This document shows, piece after piece, positions 38,704 to 48,349 of a stretch of 64,000 bases of DNA. The stretch is from assembly GCA_963719085.1 (NCBI GenBank), contig CAVRAL010000001.1:832001-896000 (forward strand), read 5' to 3'. Positions within the stretch are counted from its first letter, which is position 1, and each line of letters starts with the position of its first letter. The notes beneath the pieces were generated by a model. That model was given only the letters and a program-made list of their open reading frames with translations, was not told the origin of the DNA and did no database searches. Source of the DNA: a candidate division FCPU426 bacterium. GTDB taxonomy: Bacteria > Oederibacteriota > Muellerivitia > Muellerivitales > Muellerivitaceae. The translations under genes were made by a program, and so were the position numbers.

Positions 38704-39588
38704 TCAAGCTTTGTCGTAAAGAGTTGAAATAACGGATAAATCCATATCGCCTTTATCAGAAACGACTTCCTGAGTCACCACATAGGCCGCTTCGGCGGCG
38801 GGCAGCGAAAGCTTTTCACCTTCAGCCGCTTTCAAGACCAACCCCAGGTCTTTGTTCATGAGCCTTAAGGGAAACTGGGGCGAATAATCCTCTGTCCGGA
38901 TTTTCTCAAACTTGCCCACGAAGGCCGGGCCGATGACGGCGGTTTTGGAAAGCACACTTAAGAGCGTGTCCCGGTCAAGCCCCAGCCCCCGCCCCAAGCG
39001 GATGGATTCGGCGATGGCTTCCATGCCCACGCCCAAGAGTAAATTCACCACCAGCTTCATCCGGGCGCCCGAACCCGCCGAGCCCATGAGGAACCATTGT
39101 TTGGCGATGGATTCGTAAATCGGCACGCAGGTGTCAAAAACTTCCTTTGAACCTCCGGCCAAAAGAGTGACGCTTCCCGCCTTGACCGCCGGTGTGGAAC
39201 CGGCCACGGGAATATCCAGCATTTGAATATTTAAGCTTTTCGCCTTGGCGTGAAGTTCCTCACTCACCGAAGGCGTGATGGTGCTCATCTCAAGAACGAT
39301 TAAACCGGGTTTGGATTTGGAGAAAATTCCGTGGGGCCCAAGATAAACCGCTTGGGCGGCTTCGTCGTTCATTAAGCTGGAGAGAATGACATCCGAGTTC
39401 GCGGCCAAATCCGAGGGGGTTTTGTCGACCGGAACGCCCTTCCCCGCGAAGCTATGGGTTTTCTCCAGGGTGCGGTTCCAAACCCGAAGGGACCAGCCTT
39501 GCTCCGCTAGGCGCTGGACAAAGGCGCTTCCCATAAGGCCAAGCCCCGCGAATCCGATTTTGGTTTGGGTTTTATCGACAGTCATCAT
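38704..39588 (-). CDS. NAD(P)-dependent oxidoreductase of the 3-hydroxyisobutyrate/6-phosphogluconate dehydrogenase family
   Basis: GFAGLGLMG, WNRT, EMSTI, DIPVAG, KLVVN and KDLGL. Confidence 0.9.
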   Translation of the reverse strand: MMTVDKTQTKIGFAGLGLMGSAFVQRLAEQGWSLRVWNRTLEKTHSFAGKGVPVDKTPSDLAANSDVILSSLMNDEAAQAVYLGPHGIFSKSKPGLIVLEMSTITPSVSEELHAKAKSLNIQMLDIPVAGSTPAVKAGSVTLLAGGSKEVFDTCVPIYESIAKQWFLMGSAGSGARMKLVVNLLLGVGMEAIAESIRLGRGLGLDRDTLLSVLSKTAVIGPAFVGKFEKIRTEDYSPQFPLRLMNKDLGLVLKAAEGEKLSLPAAEAAYVVTQEVVSDKGDMDLSVISTLYDKA

Positions 39589-39611
39589 GCCTCAACACTT
39601 TCAGGCGACCA

Positions 39612-41129
39612 CTACAAATGAAAAGCCACCGAAGCGCCCAAAAAGGGCCCGCTGTTGTCCAATACCGCCGGCCGGGATCCCGCCGGGGCCGAGCTTCCCG
39701 CCCCTTGATCAATGGTAGGGACACATAAAATCCCGTTAGAAACCGGGACGATGACCTTCCCCGTACTCGTCGGAACCACTTCCAGCGTGACCGTGGAACC
39801 TTGGGCCACACCCGGAACGTTGCTGTTATTGATGGTGTTATTTAAATTGCCGACGCTGGCAAGCTGGTAGCCCGCGAAAGCCGTGATGAAAAAAGAATCA
39901 CTAAGCTTAAAATCCATTCCCAACTGAGCCTGTCCCCCAAACCCAAAACCATTGAAAGGACCCTTAAAATCGTCATTACCACCGGGGCTTACCAGATGAA
40001 AAGTATAATTGCTAATGTTGGCGAAGTCCAAAAGCGGACCGGCCGAGACCCAGGGCTGCATGTCGCCCGCCCCTAAATAATACCGGGCCGATAAGACGCA
40101 CTCGCCGAGGAACATATTGTAGGAATCATTTAAAGTAAAGCTGCCGTTGTTGGTAATCGTATCGTTGGCGGTCCCCACATCGATTAGGCCTATCTGGAAA
40201 GACCAATCCAAATCCGTCAGCAAAGGATTTTCCACTTCCAGGGAGATTCCCGGTCCCATTGTGGGCACCGAACCGCTTTCCTGGATATTGGGATCGGACA
40301 ACTGAAGTTCTTTAGCCGCCGCCACATAAGATTCCGCGCTATTTTCGAAATCCGTAAGATTGAAAAGGGCGATAAAGGGTGAGATACGGTAAAGCCTCTT
40401 GCGGCTTTTGTTGCGTGTGTTGCTGACAGGAGCCTGCGCCACGGTCATCGATTGGACGCTGGCGCTTGCCGCCAACTGCCCATCCATCCACGTTTGATCC
40501 TCCGGCGACAGCTGAGCCTTCAGTTGGTCGGCGTATTGTTTGACTTGCGGATTGGGAAGCTTTTGATCCGAGAGGGTCAGGTTGACGCAAGCTTCCTTGG
40601 ACTGGCCCGACAACACCTGGGACAGTCCTAAATAATAATAACTCTTCCCGTCGCCGGGATTTTCTTGGACGGCTTGTTGGAAAAACGGGATGGCCTGCGG
40701 ATATTGTTTTTGCTGGTAAAGCGACACGCCTTGGTCGAAAGAACTCGGGCCGGCGGCCGCTCCGGGCGGATTGGGGGGAGGCAAATTGGTAGTGTCCGTG
40801 CCCGCTCCCACTTTGGCTTGCAGGGATTGGATCATTTGCGCCAAGGCGTCCGAAGGCGTGATGGATTGCACCTTTTGATAGTCCGCCAAAGCCAGGGAAT
40901 ATTGTCCTTGGGTGTAATAGCAATTGGCCCGGCCTTGAAGGGACGAGGTATTGTTGGGATCCAGGCTGATCGCCGCGCTGAAATATTGGATGGCCTGGGA
41001 ATAGTTTTGGGCGTTGTAAAGCTGAAGGCCCGCGTTGTAATAATCGACGGCCGTGTAGGCGCGGCCGACTCCAACCAAAATCGTGAATTGAGCCGCCAAG
41101 ACAAAAAGAAAAGAAAATAATTTATTCAT
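39612..41129 (-). CDS. Exported TPR-repeat protein with a probable C-terminal beta-barrel
   Basis: Signal peptide, two TPR blocks, then OmpW/OmpA-like strands (ARYYLG, PWVSAG, GGQAQLGMDF). Start placed at the ATG at 41129. Confidence 0.75.
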   Translation of the reverse strand: MNKLFSFLFVLAAQFTILVGVGRAYTAVDYYNAGLQLYNAQNYSQAIQYFSAAISLDPNNTSSLQGRANCYYTQGQYSLALADYQKVQSITPSDALAQMIQSLQAKVGAGTDTTNLPPPNPPGAAAGPSSFDQGVSLYQQKQYPQAIPFFQQAVQENPGDGKSYYYLGLSQVLSGQSKEACVNLTLSDQKLPNPQVKQYADQLKAQLSPEDQTWMDGQLAASASVQSMTVAQAPVSNTRNKSRKRLYRISPFIALFNLTDFENSAESYVAAAKELQLSDPNIQESGSVPTMGPGISLEVENPLLTDLDWSFQIGLIDVGTANDTITNNGSFTLNDSYNMFLGECVLSARYYLGAGDMQPWVSAGPLLDFANISNYTFHLVSPGGNDDFKGPFNGFGFGGQAQLGMDFKLSDSFFITAFAGYQLASVGNLNNTINNSNVPGVAQGSTVTLEVVPTSTGKVIVPVSNGILCVPTIDQGAGSSAPAGSRPAVLDNSGPFLGASVAFHL

Positions 41130-41440
41130 TTTTATAGTTCCTCGGATAACCAAAGCCTTTTATATTTAAAAACGAAGGCATAAACAATGCGGTGATTTTA
41201 GCAATTCCCCCTCATCTTAAAAGAGAATAATTTTAGGCCATTGCCGGCCGAAAAATGATATTCAGGCCCGGTTTTACGGGGACGCGAGCCGAATGACGCC
41301 GGACTGCCGGGCGCCTTGCGGGGCCAAACCGCCGCTCAATACCGCGCCTACCTTTCAGTCCCCCGCCCGGCAACCATTCGGGCGCTGCCGCGGAAGTGAA
41401 TGGTTTTATCGCCTCGGAGTTTTACACCTGCGCGGAAAAT

Positions 41441-42736
41441 TTAAAATAAACTTTCTTGGCCAGCTTCAGGTTCCGACGAAACCACTTGGGATTCCAGCTT
41501 GCCCTTTTGGAGTTCCACAATCAAGCGGTCGCCCTTGGCGGCATCCGCCGGCGATCGAAGGATTTTCCCCGTTTTTTTACTGGTCACAATGGCGTATCCC
41601 CTTTGCAAGGGGCCGTGCGGGTGATAGGCCTTCAACTGGGCTTCCAGTCCATTGAGCTTTTCCCGCAAGGGCTTCATCAATTGAAGGGGCGTGAAGCGGG
41701 ACAAAAATCCAGCCAGATGATCGAGCTGTAACTGGCGGTCCTTGAGTTTTTGGTCCAGGGCGTCCCTTAAATTTTCCAGGCTTAAATCCACTTGTTGGCG
41801 GGCCTGGTCCAAAAGACGGTCGGGACGGCGTTCCCGGAGGCTGTTGCCCATCTCGTCCAAATCCCTTTGCTTGTTCGAAAGAAGGCTGTCCCAGGCTTCT
41901 TTTAAGCGGTGCTGAAGGCTGTTGAGCTGGTCCCGGGTCTCGTCCAAGCCCGGCGCGATATGGGCCGCCGCTGCGGTGGGCGTGGCTTCCCTTCGATCGG
42001 CCACGAAATCGCAAAGGCTGAAGTCAATCTCATGGCCCACCGCGCAAATCGTCGGGATGGCGCAATCCGCCAAGGCCCGTACCACGCCCTCGTCGTTAAA
42101 AGCCGCCAAGTCCTCCAAACTGCCGCCGCCCCGGGTGATGACCAAAACATCGTGCTTCGCCAGTCGGGACACTGTCTCGATGGCCTCAACAATTTCCCCC
42201 GGCGCCTCGACTCCCTGGACCTTCACGGGAAAAAGTTCCACTTCATCGATCCCCACGCGGGTTTCTAGTATCTTCATAAAATCTTGGATGGCGGCTCCGG
42301 AGGGCGAGGTGATCAAGGCGATCTTGTGGGGATGCTCCGGCACGGGCTTTTTGCGGGCCTCGTCGAAAAGCCCCTCGGCCAAAAGTTTTTTCTTCAATTG
42401 CTCAAAAGCCAATTGAAGCGCGCCCAATCCCGCCGGTTCCATCGTGCGCACGATCAATTGGAACTGGCCCCGGGCCTCAAAGAGGCTTAAAGAACCGCCC
42501 ACAATCACCTTTTGGCCGGTGGCGGGCTGGAAGGCCAGAGAGTTATTCATGCCTTTAAAAAAAGCGCAGGACACCACGCAGCGCTCATCCTTCAAGTCGA
42601 AATACATATGACCCGAAGGGTGTTTGGTGAAGCGGCCGATTTCGCCTTGGACAAAAATTTGGCCGAACTTGGCTTCCAGCAGGGCCCGGGCGCTTTGAAC
42701 GATTTCGCTGACCGAATAGATGGGGACGTCGCTCAC
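41441..42736 (-). CDS. xseA: Exodeoxyribonuclease VII large subunit
   Basis: SGHMYF, ITSPSGAAIQD, RGGGSLEDL, VGHEIDF and LQRGYA. Confidence 0.96.
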   Translation of the reverse strand: MSDVPIYSVSEIVQSARALLEAKFGQIFVQGEIGRFTKHPSGHMYFDLKDERCVVSCAFFKGMNNSLAFQPATGQKVIVGGSLSLFEARGQFQLIVRTMEPAGLGALQLAFEQLKKKLLAEGLFDEARKKPVPEHPHKIALITSPSGAAIQDFMKILETRVGIDEVELFPVKVQGVEAPGEIVEAIETVSRLAKHDVLVITRGGGSLEDLAAFNDEGVVRALADCAIPTICAVGHEIDFSLCDFVADRREATPTAAAAHIAPGLDETRDQLNSLQHRLKEAWDSLLSNKQRDLDEMGNSLRERRPDRLLDQARQQVDLSLENLRDALDQKLKDRQLQLDHLAGFLSRFTPLQLMKPLREKLNGLEAQLKAYHPHGPLQRGYAIVTSKKTGKILRSPADAAKGDRLIVELQKGKLESQVVSSEPEAGQESLF

Positions 42737-43656
42737 GCGTGGATCTCCAGGAGCCGGACTTGACCGAGCGCCTTTTGAAAGGCCGCCCGGGTAAAACCCT
42801 CAATTCCGCTTTGCGCGACCACCCGGGCCGCCGCCGAAGCCCAGCGGCAGCGGTCCGCGAAGGCCAATTGATTTTGGCTGGCCGCCAAGTAGCCGGCGAG
42901 AAATCCGTCACCGGCGCCCACCACCAACCGGCGTTTCAAAGGCGCCGCGTTGCGCAGGCCCAGGACCAGGCCGTCTTCCCAGGCCAAGGCGCCCTCCGCC
43001 CCATGGGTGATGGCCCCGTGGCGGATTCCTTGGGCCCTGAGTTTGGGGATTTGCGTGGCCGCTTTGTCCAAAGTCGGGCAAGCCGCCGGCCAAATGCCGT
43101 TGAACTCATCCAAATTGACCTTGAGAAACCAAGGTCTTTGGGCCATCGCCTTTTTGAGCCCCAAACCGGAAGCGTCCAAAAGGGTCCGGACCCCTTGGGC
43201 GTTCCACCGCTTGATCCATTCGGCGTAAAGACCGGTATTTTTTTCGGGCAGCCTTCCGGTCAAGACCAGCCAATCCCCTTTTCGCAGGGACTTCCGGAGG
43301 CGGCGGTTCCATTCCCGGGGGTTGATCGGAAAACCCGCGTGGTTGAACTTGGCTGATTCTTTGGAATTCCGCAATACCACATTGGCCCGCACCGGACTTT
43401 CATCCCGGACCCACTCCACCCGGAGTTTTTTAGGCCGGGTCAGGTGGAAATAAAGCGCCTGGGTGGCTTCCTTTTCCCCGAAGGGGGCCCAAAGCACCGC
43501 GGGGACGCGCAGTTCCCGTAAAAAGCAGGCCACGTTCATGGCCTTGCCGCCGGGTGAAACGGAAAAGGATTCCACCGAGCCGATCTTGCCGGAGGCGGGC
43601 TCCGATAGCCGGAAATCAAAATCCAGCGCCGGGTTGGGATTCAGAAGATGGATCAA
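42733..43656 (-). CDS. 1-phosphofructokinase-like PfkB sugar kinase
   Basis: NPNPALD, GGKAMNVA, LDASG, KVNLDE and VGAGDGFLAG. Confidence 0.85.
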   Translation of the reverse strand: MIHLLNPNPALDFDFRLSEPASGKIGSVESFSVSPGGKAMNVACFLRELRVPAVLWAPFGEKEATQALYFHLTRPKKLRVEWVRDESPVRANVVLRNSKESAKFNHAGFPINPREWNRRLRKSLRKGDWLVLTGRLPEKNTGLYAEWIKRWNAQGVRTLLDASGLGLKKAMAQRPWFLKVNLDEFNGIWPAACPTLDKAATQIPKLRAQGIRHGAITHGAEGALAWEDGLVLGLRNAAPLKRRLVVGAGDGFLAGYLAASQNQLAFADRCRWASAAARVVAQSGIEGFTRAAFQKALGQVRLLEIHA

Positions 43657-44375
43657 GGAATTTTTCGAACGGGCTTGGGCGGCGGATGGGCGTGAAGCAA
43701 CGGATAGAGGCTTTTTAATTTTTGGGCCGCCTCGATTTGAGTGCCCTGGTCATCGCTTTGCTTGAGGATTTTTTGCCAAAGATTGATCGCGTCCTGGGTT
43801 CGGCCCACCTCCGCGTAAGTATTGGCCAGGATATTGACCAACATTTCGGGCGCGCCCCCGCGCTCGATTTGGGCCTCCAAAAAAGGGATGACCTTGTCAT
43901 ATTGCTGGGTATTTTGATAGGCGATGGCGGCATAAAGCAGCTTCAAACTGACGTCATTGGGATTGGCCAAAATCCCCTTTTGCAGAAGCTTGGCGGCTTC
44001 CACCGGCCTTTTGACGTGAAAGGCCAAGGCGGCCGCCCCAAAGTTGTAGATGGGCGTGAAATTGGGGTTTAAGTCCGAGGCCAGGCTGCAGTAATCATAA
44101 AGTTTCGCGTAGCGCGTGGAGGCGTTATCCGAGTTGCCGTAATATTGAATGACTTGTATCCAAAAGACATGGCCGACCAAAAGTTTGAAGCCGCTTAAAT
44201 AACCCACCGCCCGCAGGGCCGACGGCACATCCTTCCCTAACGTGTCCTCCGAAAAGGGCCGGGGATGGACCCAGGCGCCCAGCAAAGTGGAAAAAAAGAT
44301 TTGCGCGGCCATCGCGCCCGTGATGGCCTTGAAACGCCAATCCCGGATCCAGGACGCGGATGGCCCCGGACTCAA
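43653..44375 (-). CDS. Membrane-anchored TPR protein associated with an ABC transporter
   Basis: One TM segment, WIQVIQYYG motif and TPR-like helices. TTG start overlaps the permease stop. Confidence 0.7.
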   Translation of the reverse strand: MSPGPSASWIRDWRFKAITGAMAAQIFFSTLLGAWVHPRPFSEDTLGKDVPSALRAVGYLSGFKLLVGHVFWIQVIQYYGNSDNASTRYAKLYDYCSLASDLNPNFTPIYNFGAAALAFHVKRPVEAAKLLQKGILANPNDVSLKLLYAAIAYQNTQQYDKVIPFLEAQIERGGAPEMLVNILANTYAEVGRTQDAINLWQKILKQSDDQGTQIEAAQKLKSLYPLLHAHPPPKPVRKIP

Positions 44376-45148
44376 CGGAATTCCCTTTTCTCCAGCGAAA
44401 TCCAACCGATCAAGAAAACCACCGCCGAATAAAAGAAAGAATAGAGCAAAACTTCCTGCCATTGCGCCAAGCCCACCACCAGGGTCGGATCGTAAATGCG
44501 GTCTTTCAAATCAAATATCTGTAAATTCGGAAGACAGTAATAAATAACCATCAGGATCCATTTGACGAAGGCGTCATGCTGTTTTTCCATGAGCCATAGG
44601 ATCTCCCCGATCATCCGGCCCAAAAGGATGGTGAACAAGGTATAGAGCACCACCCGGACCATGGATGTGGCGATCATTTGATAGGTCAGCCCCAAAAAGG
44701 TGAGGACCAGCATTTCCAAGATCATGAAAATCACGCTGGAAACAAAATAAACTGGGATGGTTCCCCCGCCGATCACGACCACCATGAAAACCAGGAAAAA
44801 CACGTTGCCCAGGATGACCAGCATATTCATCATGAAAAAGCCGATGACGCGGCCCAATAAATACTCTCCCCGGGTCACGGGCTTGGCCAACTGCAGGAAA
44901 ATGGCCTTTTGGTCCATCTCGGTGGTGTAGGTGACGGCCAGGCTTAAAAGTAAAACCATCCAGCCGGCCAATTCGGTTCCGCCCAGTCCCAAATCCATGA
45001 AAATTTTCAACGCGTCCCCATAGCTTAAAAGGGACAACAAGAAAGACAAGCCGCCGATGGCGATCACCGACACCACCCAAACGATCAATAAATTACTGCG
45101 GATCAGCTCGCGATAGGTAAAGTGCGCGACCGCCAGGACTCGTCTCAT
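44372..45148 (-). CDS. ABC transporter permease (PilI/ABC-2-like)
   Basis: TYRELIR, LAKPVTRGEYLLGR and LPNLQIFD; multi-pass. Confidence 0.85.
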   Translation of the reverse strand: MRRVLAVAHFTYRELIRSNLLIVWVVSVIAIGGLSFLLSLLSYGDALKIFMDLGLGGTELAGWMVLLLSLAVTYTTEMDQKAIFLQLAKPVTRGEYLLGRVIGFFMMNMLVILGNVFFLVFMVVVIGGGTIPVYFVSSVIFMILEMLVLTFLGLTYQMIATSMVRVVLYTLFTILLGRMIGEILWLMEKQHDAFVKWILMVIYYCLPNLQIFDLKDRIYDPTLVVGLAQWQEVLLYSFFYSAVVFLIGWISLEKREFR

Positions 45149-46104
45149 GATTTGCCGCTCCCTTGCGAAACGTTTTTTCCAATGGCGTTCAGAAAGTAAG
45201 CTTCCACCACGGAGGATAAGGGCCTGACGCCCGCGATTTTGGCTCCCCGGGATTGAATTTGGGACAAGGTTTCATTTAAAGAAAGCCCGGGGATTTGAAC
45301 CCCGCCGTGCTTTTGAATGGAATCCTGATATGGAAGGCCGCCCAACTTGGAGGCGTCGGTCTTTTCGACATCCAGCCAATAGTCCACCGGTAAATCCGAA
45401 GCCAACACTTTGGAAATGGGCGCCACATCCCTCAAGACGCCCTCATGCATGATACCGATCCGGTCGCAAACCCGTTCCACCTCATCCAAAATATGGGTAT
45501 TGAGAAAAAGGGTGGTTCCGGTTTTTTTTAGGTCGAGAAAAATATCCCGCATTTCCTTGTAACCCACCGGGTCCAAGCCGCTCATGGGCTCGTCACAAAT
45601 CAAAAGCCGGGGTTTTCCAATGAGCGCTTGGCCGATTCCTATGCGTTGGAGCATACCCTTGGAATAATCCGAAAGCCGGACGCCCGCCGCCTTGGTCATT
45701 CGGACCAGTTCTAAAACCTCCTCCACCCGGCTGGAGAGCGTTTTTCCGGAGATTCCGTGTAAGGCGCCGAAATAGGACAAAAGTTCCCGGCCCGTATGCT
45801 GGCGGGAAAAATAAGGAAGCTCCGAAAGATAACCGATCTGTTCCCGGACGCGGCGGTCCGTGATCCGGCCCCCCAAAATCTCAACTTTTCCGGCGTCGGG
45901 ATAAACGAAACCTAAAAGAACCTTCAAGGTCGTTGTTTTGCCCGCGCCATTGAGCCCCAGCAATCCGAAGGCTTGGTTTTCATAAAGATCGAGGTTGAGG
46001 GATTTGACCGCCGGAGTGACTTTAGGCTTAAACCAAAAACCGGTTTTGTAAGTCTTGGACATGTTTTGAATGCGGATGACGGTGGGGGCGGCGGTAGGTT
46101 CCAT
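45145..46104 (-). CDS. ABC transporter ATP-binding protein (PilH-like)
   Basis: GLNGAGKTT, YSKGMLQRIG and DEPMSGLDP. Confidence 0.92.
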   Translation of the reverse strand: MEPTAAPTVIRIQNMSKTYKTGFWFKPKVTPAVKSLNLDLYENQAFGLLGLNGAGKTTTLKVLLGFVYPDAGKVEILGGRITDRRVREQIGYLSELPYFSRQHTGRELLSYFGALHGISGKTLSSRVEEVLELVRMTKAAGVRLSDYSKGMLQRIGIGQALIGKPRLLICDEPMSGLDPVGYKEMRDIFLDLKKTGTTLFLNTHILDEVERVCDRIGIMHEGVLRDVAPISKVLASDLPVDYWLDVEKTDASKLGGLPYQDSIQKHGGVQIPGLSLNETLSQIQSRGAKIAGVRPLSSVVEAYFLNAIGKNVSQGSGKS

Positions 46105-46943
46105 TAGTTCCCGATCTCCACGAAACTTTCCAACCGCTCAAAAAGGGCCATGGCCGCTTGGATGGCCAAGGCGCTGGTTTTGGGATTCTCAACGGAAGGA
46201 TGGTTACGGGTCACCGCGGTCAACTCCCCAAAAGTGCCTTGAACGTCGATCTGGTGCTGATTCAACCGGGCTTGGGGGTCGGCCACCACCCGCACTTTTA
46301 CCAGCCGCGGGTTTCCCGAAGCGACCGCCAAGGTCGCGCTGACATTCACGTTGGCCGGAAAACGCTCAATGGCCCCCCAAACATCACCCTGATAAAGATA
46401 AAAAGGTTTTTGGGCGCTGTAAAGCGACTTTTTTTGCGCCGCCGTCAATCCCGGGGCCCCTAAAAATCCCTTGGGCGGCTTGGTGGAAGTAATCGATATT
46501 TTTTTAATTTTCCCCAATTGCCGGGCGGCCTTTACGCCGTCGATTCCCGCCAAGGCTCCTGAGGGCAAATAAACCTTGGTTTTGTATTTGCGGGCCAGCG
46601 CCTCAATTTGTTTTTGATGCTTGAGAAATCCGCCAGTACTCATAAGAACGACGGGCTTTTTGGACTTTAAGGCCGCGGGCACTAAAAGCGGGACCGCCTT
46701 GACGGAGGCCGCTTCCAGCACGAAATCCACCCGGCCGATCAGATCGGAAAGCTTTTGGGCGACGGCGGGCCGGGATTTTAAGCTTCGCGCCAGTTTTTGG
46801 GCTTGGGAGGTTTGAACATCGTAAACGGAGGAGACGCGAAAGGCTGATTTTCGTTTTTCCAGAAGGCGAGCGACCGTCGAGCCGATGGCTCCACAGCCCA
46901 CAATCCCCAGACGCCGTGAGTTGGCCTGAGGCCGGGCGCTCAC
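46104..46943 (-). CDS. nadX: L-aspartate dehydrogenase
   Basis: GCGAIG, PSGALAGID, FPANVNV and NPKTS; adjacent to nadA. Confidence 0.9.
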   Translation of the reverse strand: MSARPQANSRRLGIVGCGAIGSTVARLLEKRKSAFRVSSVYDVQTSQAQKLARSLKSRPAVAQKLSDLIGRVDFVLEAASVKAVPLLVPAALKSKKPVVLMSTGGFLKHQKQIEALARKYKTKVYLPSGALAGIDGVKAARQLGKIKKISITSTKPPKGFLGAPGLTAAQKKSLYSAQKPFYLYQGDVWGAIERFPANVNVSATLAVASGNPRLVKVRVVADPQARLNQHQIDVQGTFGELTAVTRNHPSVENPKTSALAIQAAMALFERLESFVEIGN

Positions 46944-47875
46944 TTCGTAGGCACCGCCGCCAGCATGCCGTCGAGGGCCTTCAAGGCCTTCAACCGGATT
47001 TCTTCGGGAATCTCGATGGGGTGTTTCAATTCTTTCAAGGACTCATAAACATCCTCCAACTGGGTCATCTTCATGTTGGGGCAGATGAGGCCCTTGCTGG
47101 GTTGAAGAAAAGTTTTGTCCGGCATGGCCGTGCGCAAACGGTGCAGCATGCCCATTTCGGTTCCGATAATGAAGGTCGTCGCGGGGGACGCCTGGCAATA
47201 GCGGAGCATTTGCGAGGTGGACAGGATGGCGTCCGCCATATTGCAGATGTCCTCGTTGCTTTCCGGGTGGATGACCACCTTCGCGTCCGGATATTGCTGT
47301 TTCAGGTCGATGATGTCCTTGGCCTTCATGCGCTGGTGGGTCGGGCAGCAGCCCGCCCAAAGGATGATTTTCTTTTCGGTCTGGGTCTGGACCCAGCGGC
47401 CCAAATGCTGGTCGGGCACGAATAAAATCTCGTCCTGCGGCATGGCGTTGACCACCTGCACGGCGTTGGCCGAGGTACAGCAAACGTCCGACATGGATTT
47501 AATTTCCGCCGAGCAATTCACGTAAGCCACCACGGCCGCGTTGGGGTGTTGGGCCTTGGCTTGACGCAGTTGGTCGGGCGTGATCATATCGGCCAGGGGG
47601 CAGCCGGCTTCCGCCGCCGGCAATAAAACGGTTTTCTGGGGCGAGAGGATCTTGGCGGTTTCCGCCATGAAGTGCACACTGCAAAACACGATGACATCGG
47701 CGTCGGTCTTGGCGGCTAAACGGGAAAGTTCCAGCGAGTCGCCCACGTAATCGGCGATATCCTGAACCTCGGGCCGCTCGTAGCTATGGGCCAAGATGAC
47801 GGCATTGCGTTCTTTTTTGAGTTGGGCGATCCGGGTTTTGAGCTCGTCATCATCCAGGAATAAGTCGAGTGACAT
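46940..47875 (-). CDS. nadA: Quinolinate synthase
   Basis: ILAHSY, GDSLELS, FMAETAK, YVNC, HPE and CPNM. Confidence 0.95.
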   Translation of the reverse strand: MSLDLFLDDDELKTRIAQLKKERNAVILAHSYERPEVQDIADYVGDSLELSRLAAKTDADVIVFCSVHFMAETAKILSPQKTVLLPAAEAGCPLADMITPDQLRQAKAQHPNAAVVAYVNCSAEIKSMSDVCCTSANAVQVVNAMPQDEILFVPDQHLGRWVQTQTEKKIILWAGCCPTHQRMKAKDIIDLKQQYPDAKVVIHPESNEDICNMADAILSTSQMLRYCQASPATTFIIGTEMGMLHRLRTAMPDKTFLQPSKGLICPNMKMTQLEDVYESLKELKHPIEIPEEIRLKALKALDGMLAAVPTK

Positions 47876-47877
47876 GG

Positions 47878-48243
47878 TCAGCCTCCCTTTTTGACTTTTT
47901 TAACCTTGTTTTGGGCGCTCACGTGGACCACCGTGGGAGCGTAGCCTTTGGGAGGCGCCGAGTTGAAAGTCTCGTAGGTTAAAACAATGATCTGGTCGCC
48001 CACCTCGGCGTGCCGGGCGGCGGCGCCGTTGAGGCAGACCACGCCGGAGTTGGCTTTTCCCAAAATCGCGTAGGTCTCGATGCGGGCGCCGTTGTTGAGA
48101 TTGAGCACATGAACCTGCTCATAGGGAGCGATATCGGCCGCTTCCAGCAGTTTGGGGTCCACGGTGATGCTTCCCTCGTACTGTAGATCGGTTTGGGTCA
48201 CGGTGGCTTGGTGGATTTTGGAACGGATGAAGGTTCGGCTCAT
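47878..48243 (-). CDS. panD: Aspartate 1-decarboxylase
   Basis: SKIHQATVT, YEGSIT, NGARIETY and NGAAA. Confidence 0.95.
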   Translation of the reverse strand: MSRTFIRSKIHQATVTQTDLQYEGSITVDPKLLEAADIAPYEQVHVLNLNNGARIETYAILGKANSGVVCLNGAAARHAEVGDQIIVLTYETFNSAPPKGYAPTVVHVSAQNKVKKVKKGG

Positions 48244-48349
48244 GACCACCTCTAAAGTCTATTTTGATTCCAGCCCCAACTCATCCATTGATGGAAAAGG
48301 CCTATTGTATGGGCTTTTTCAGGCCCTGTTAAGAACTGTTACGTTAATA

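Noticed and set aside
41377..41390. AGCGCCCGAA (minus strand) resembling the glmS ribozyme 5' core
   Set aside because: The downstream GACGAGG core is missing and there is no glmS gene nearby.
48294..48320. Hairpin between panC and panD
   Set aside because: The stem is weak and AU-rich, with no similarity to the repeat families; it cannot be called a terminator with confidence.
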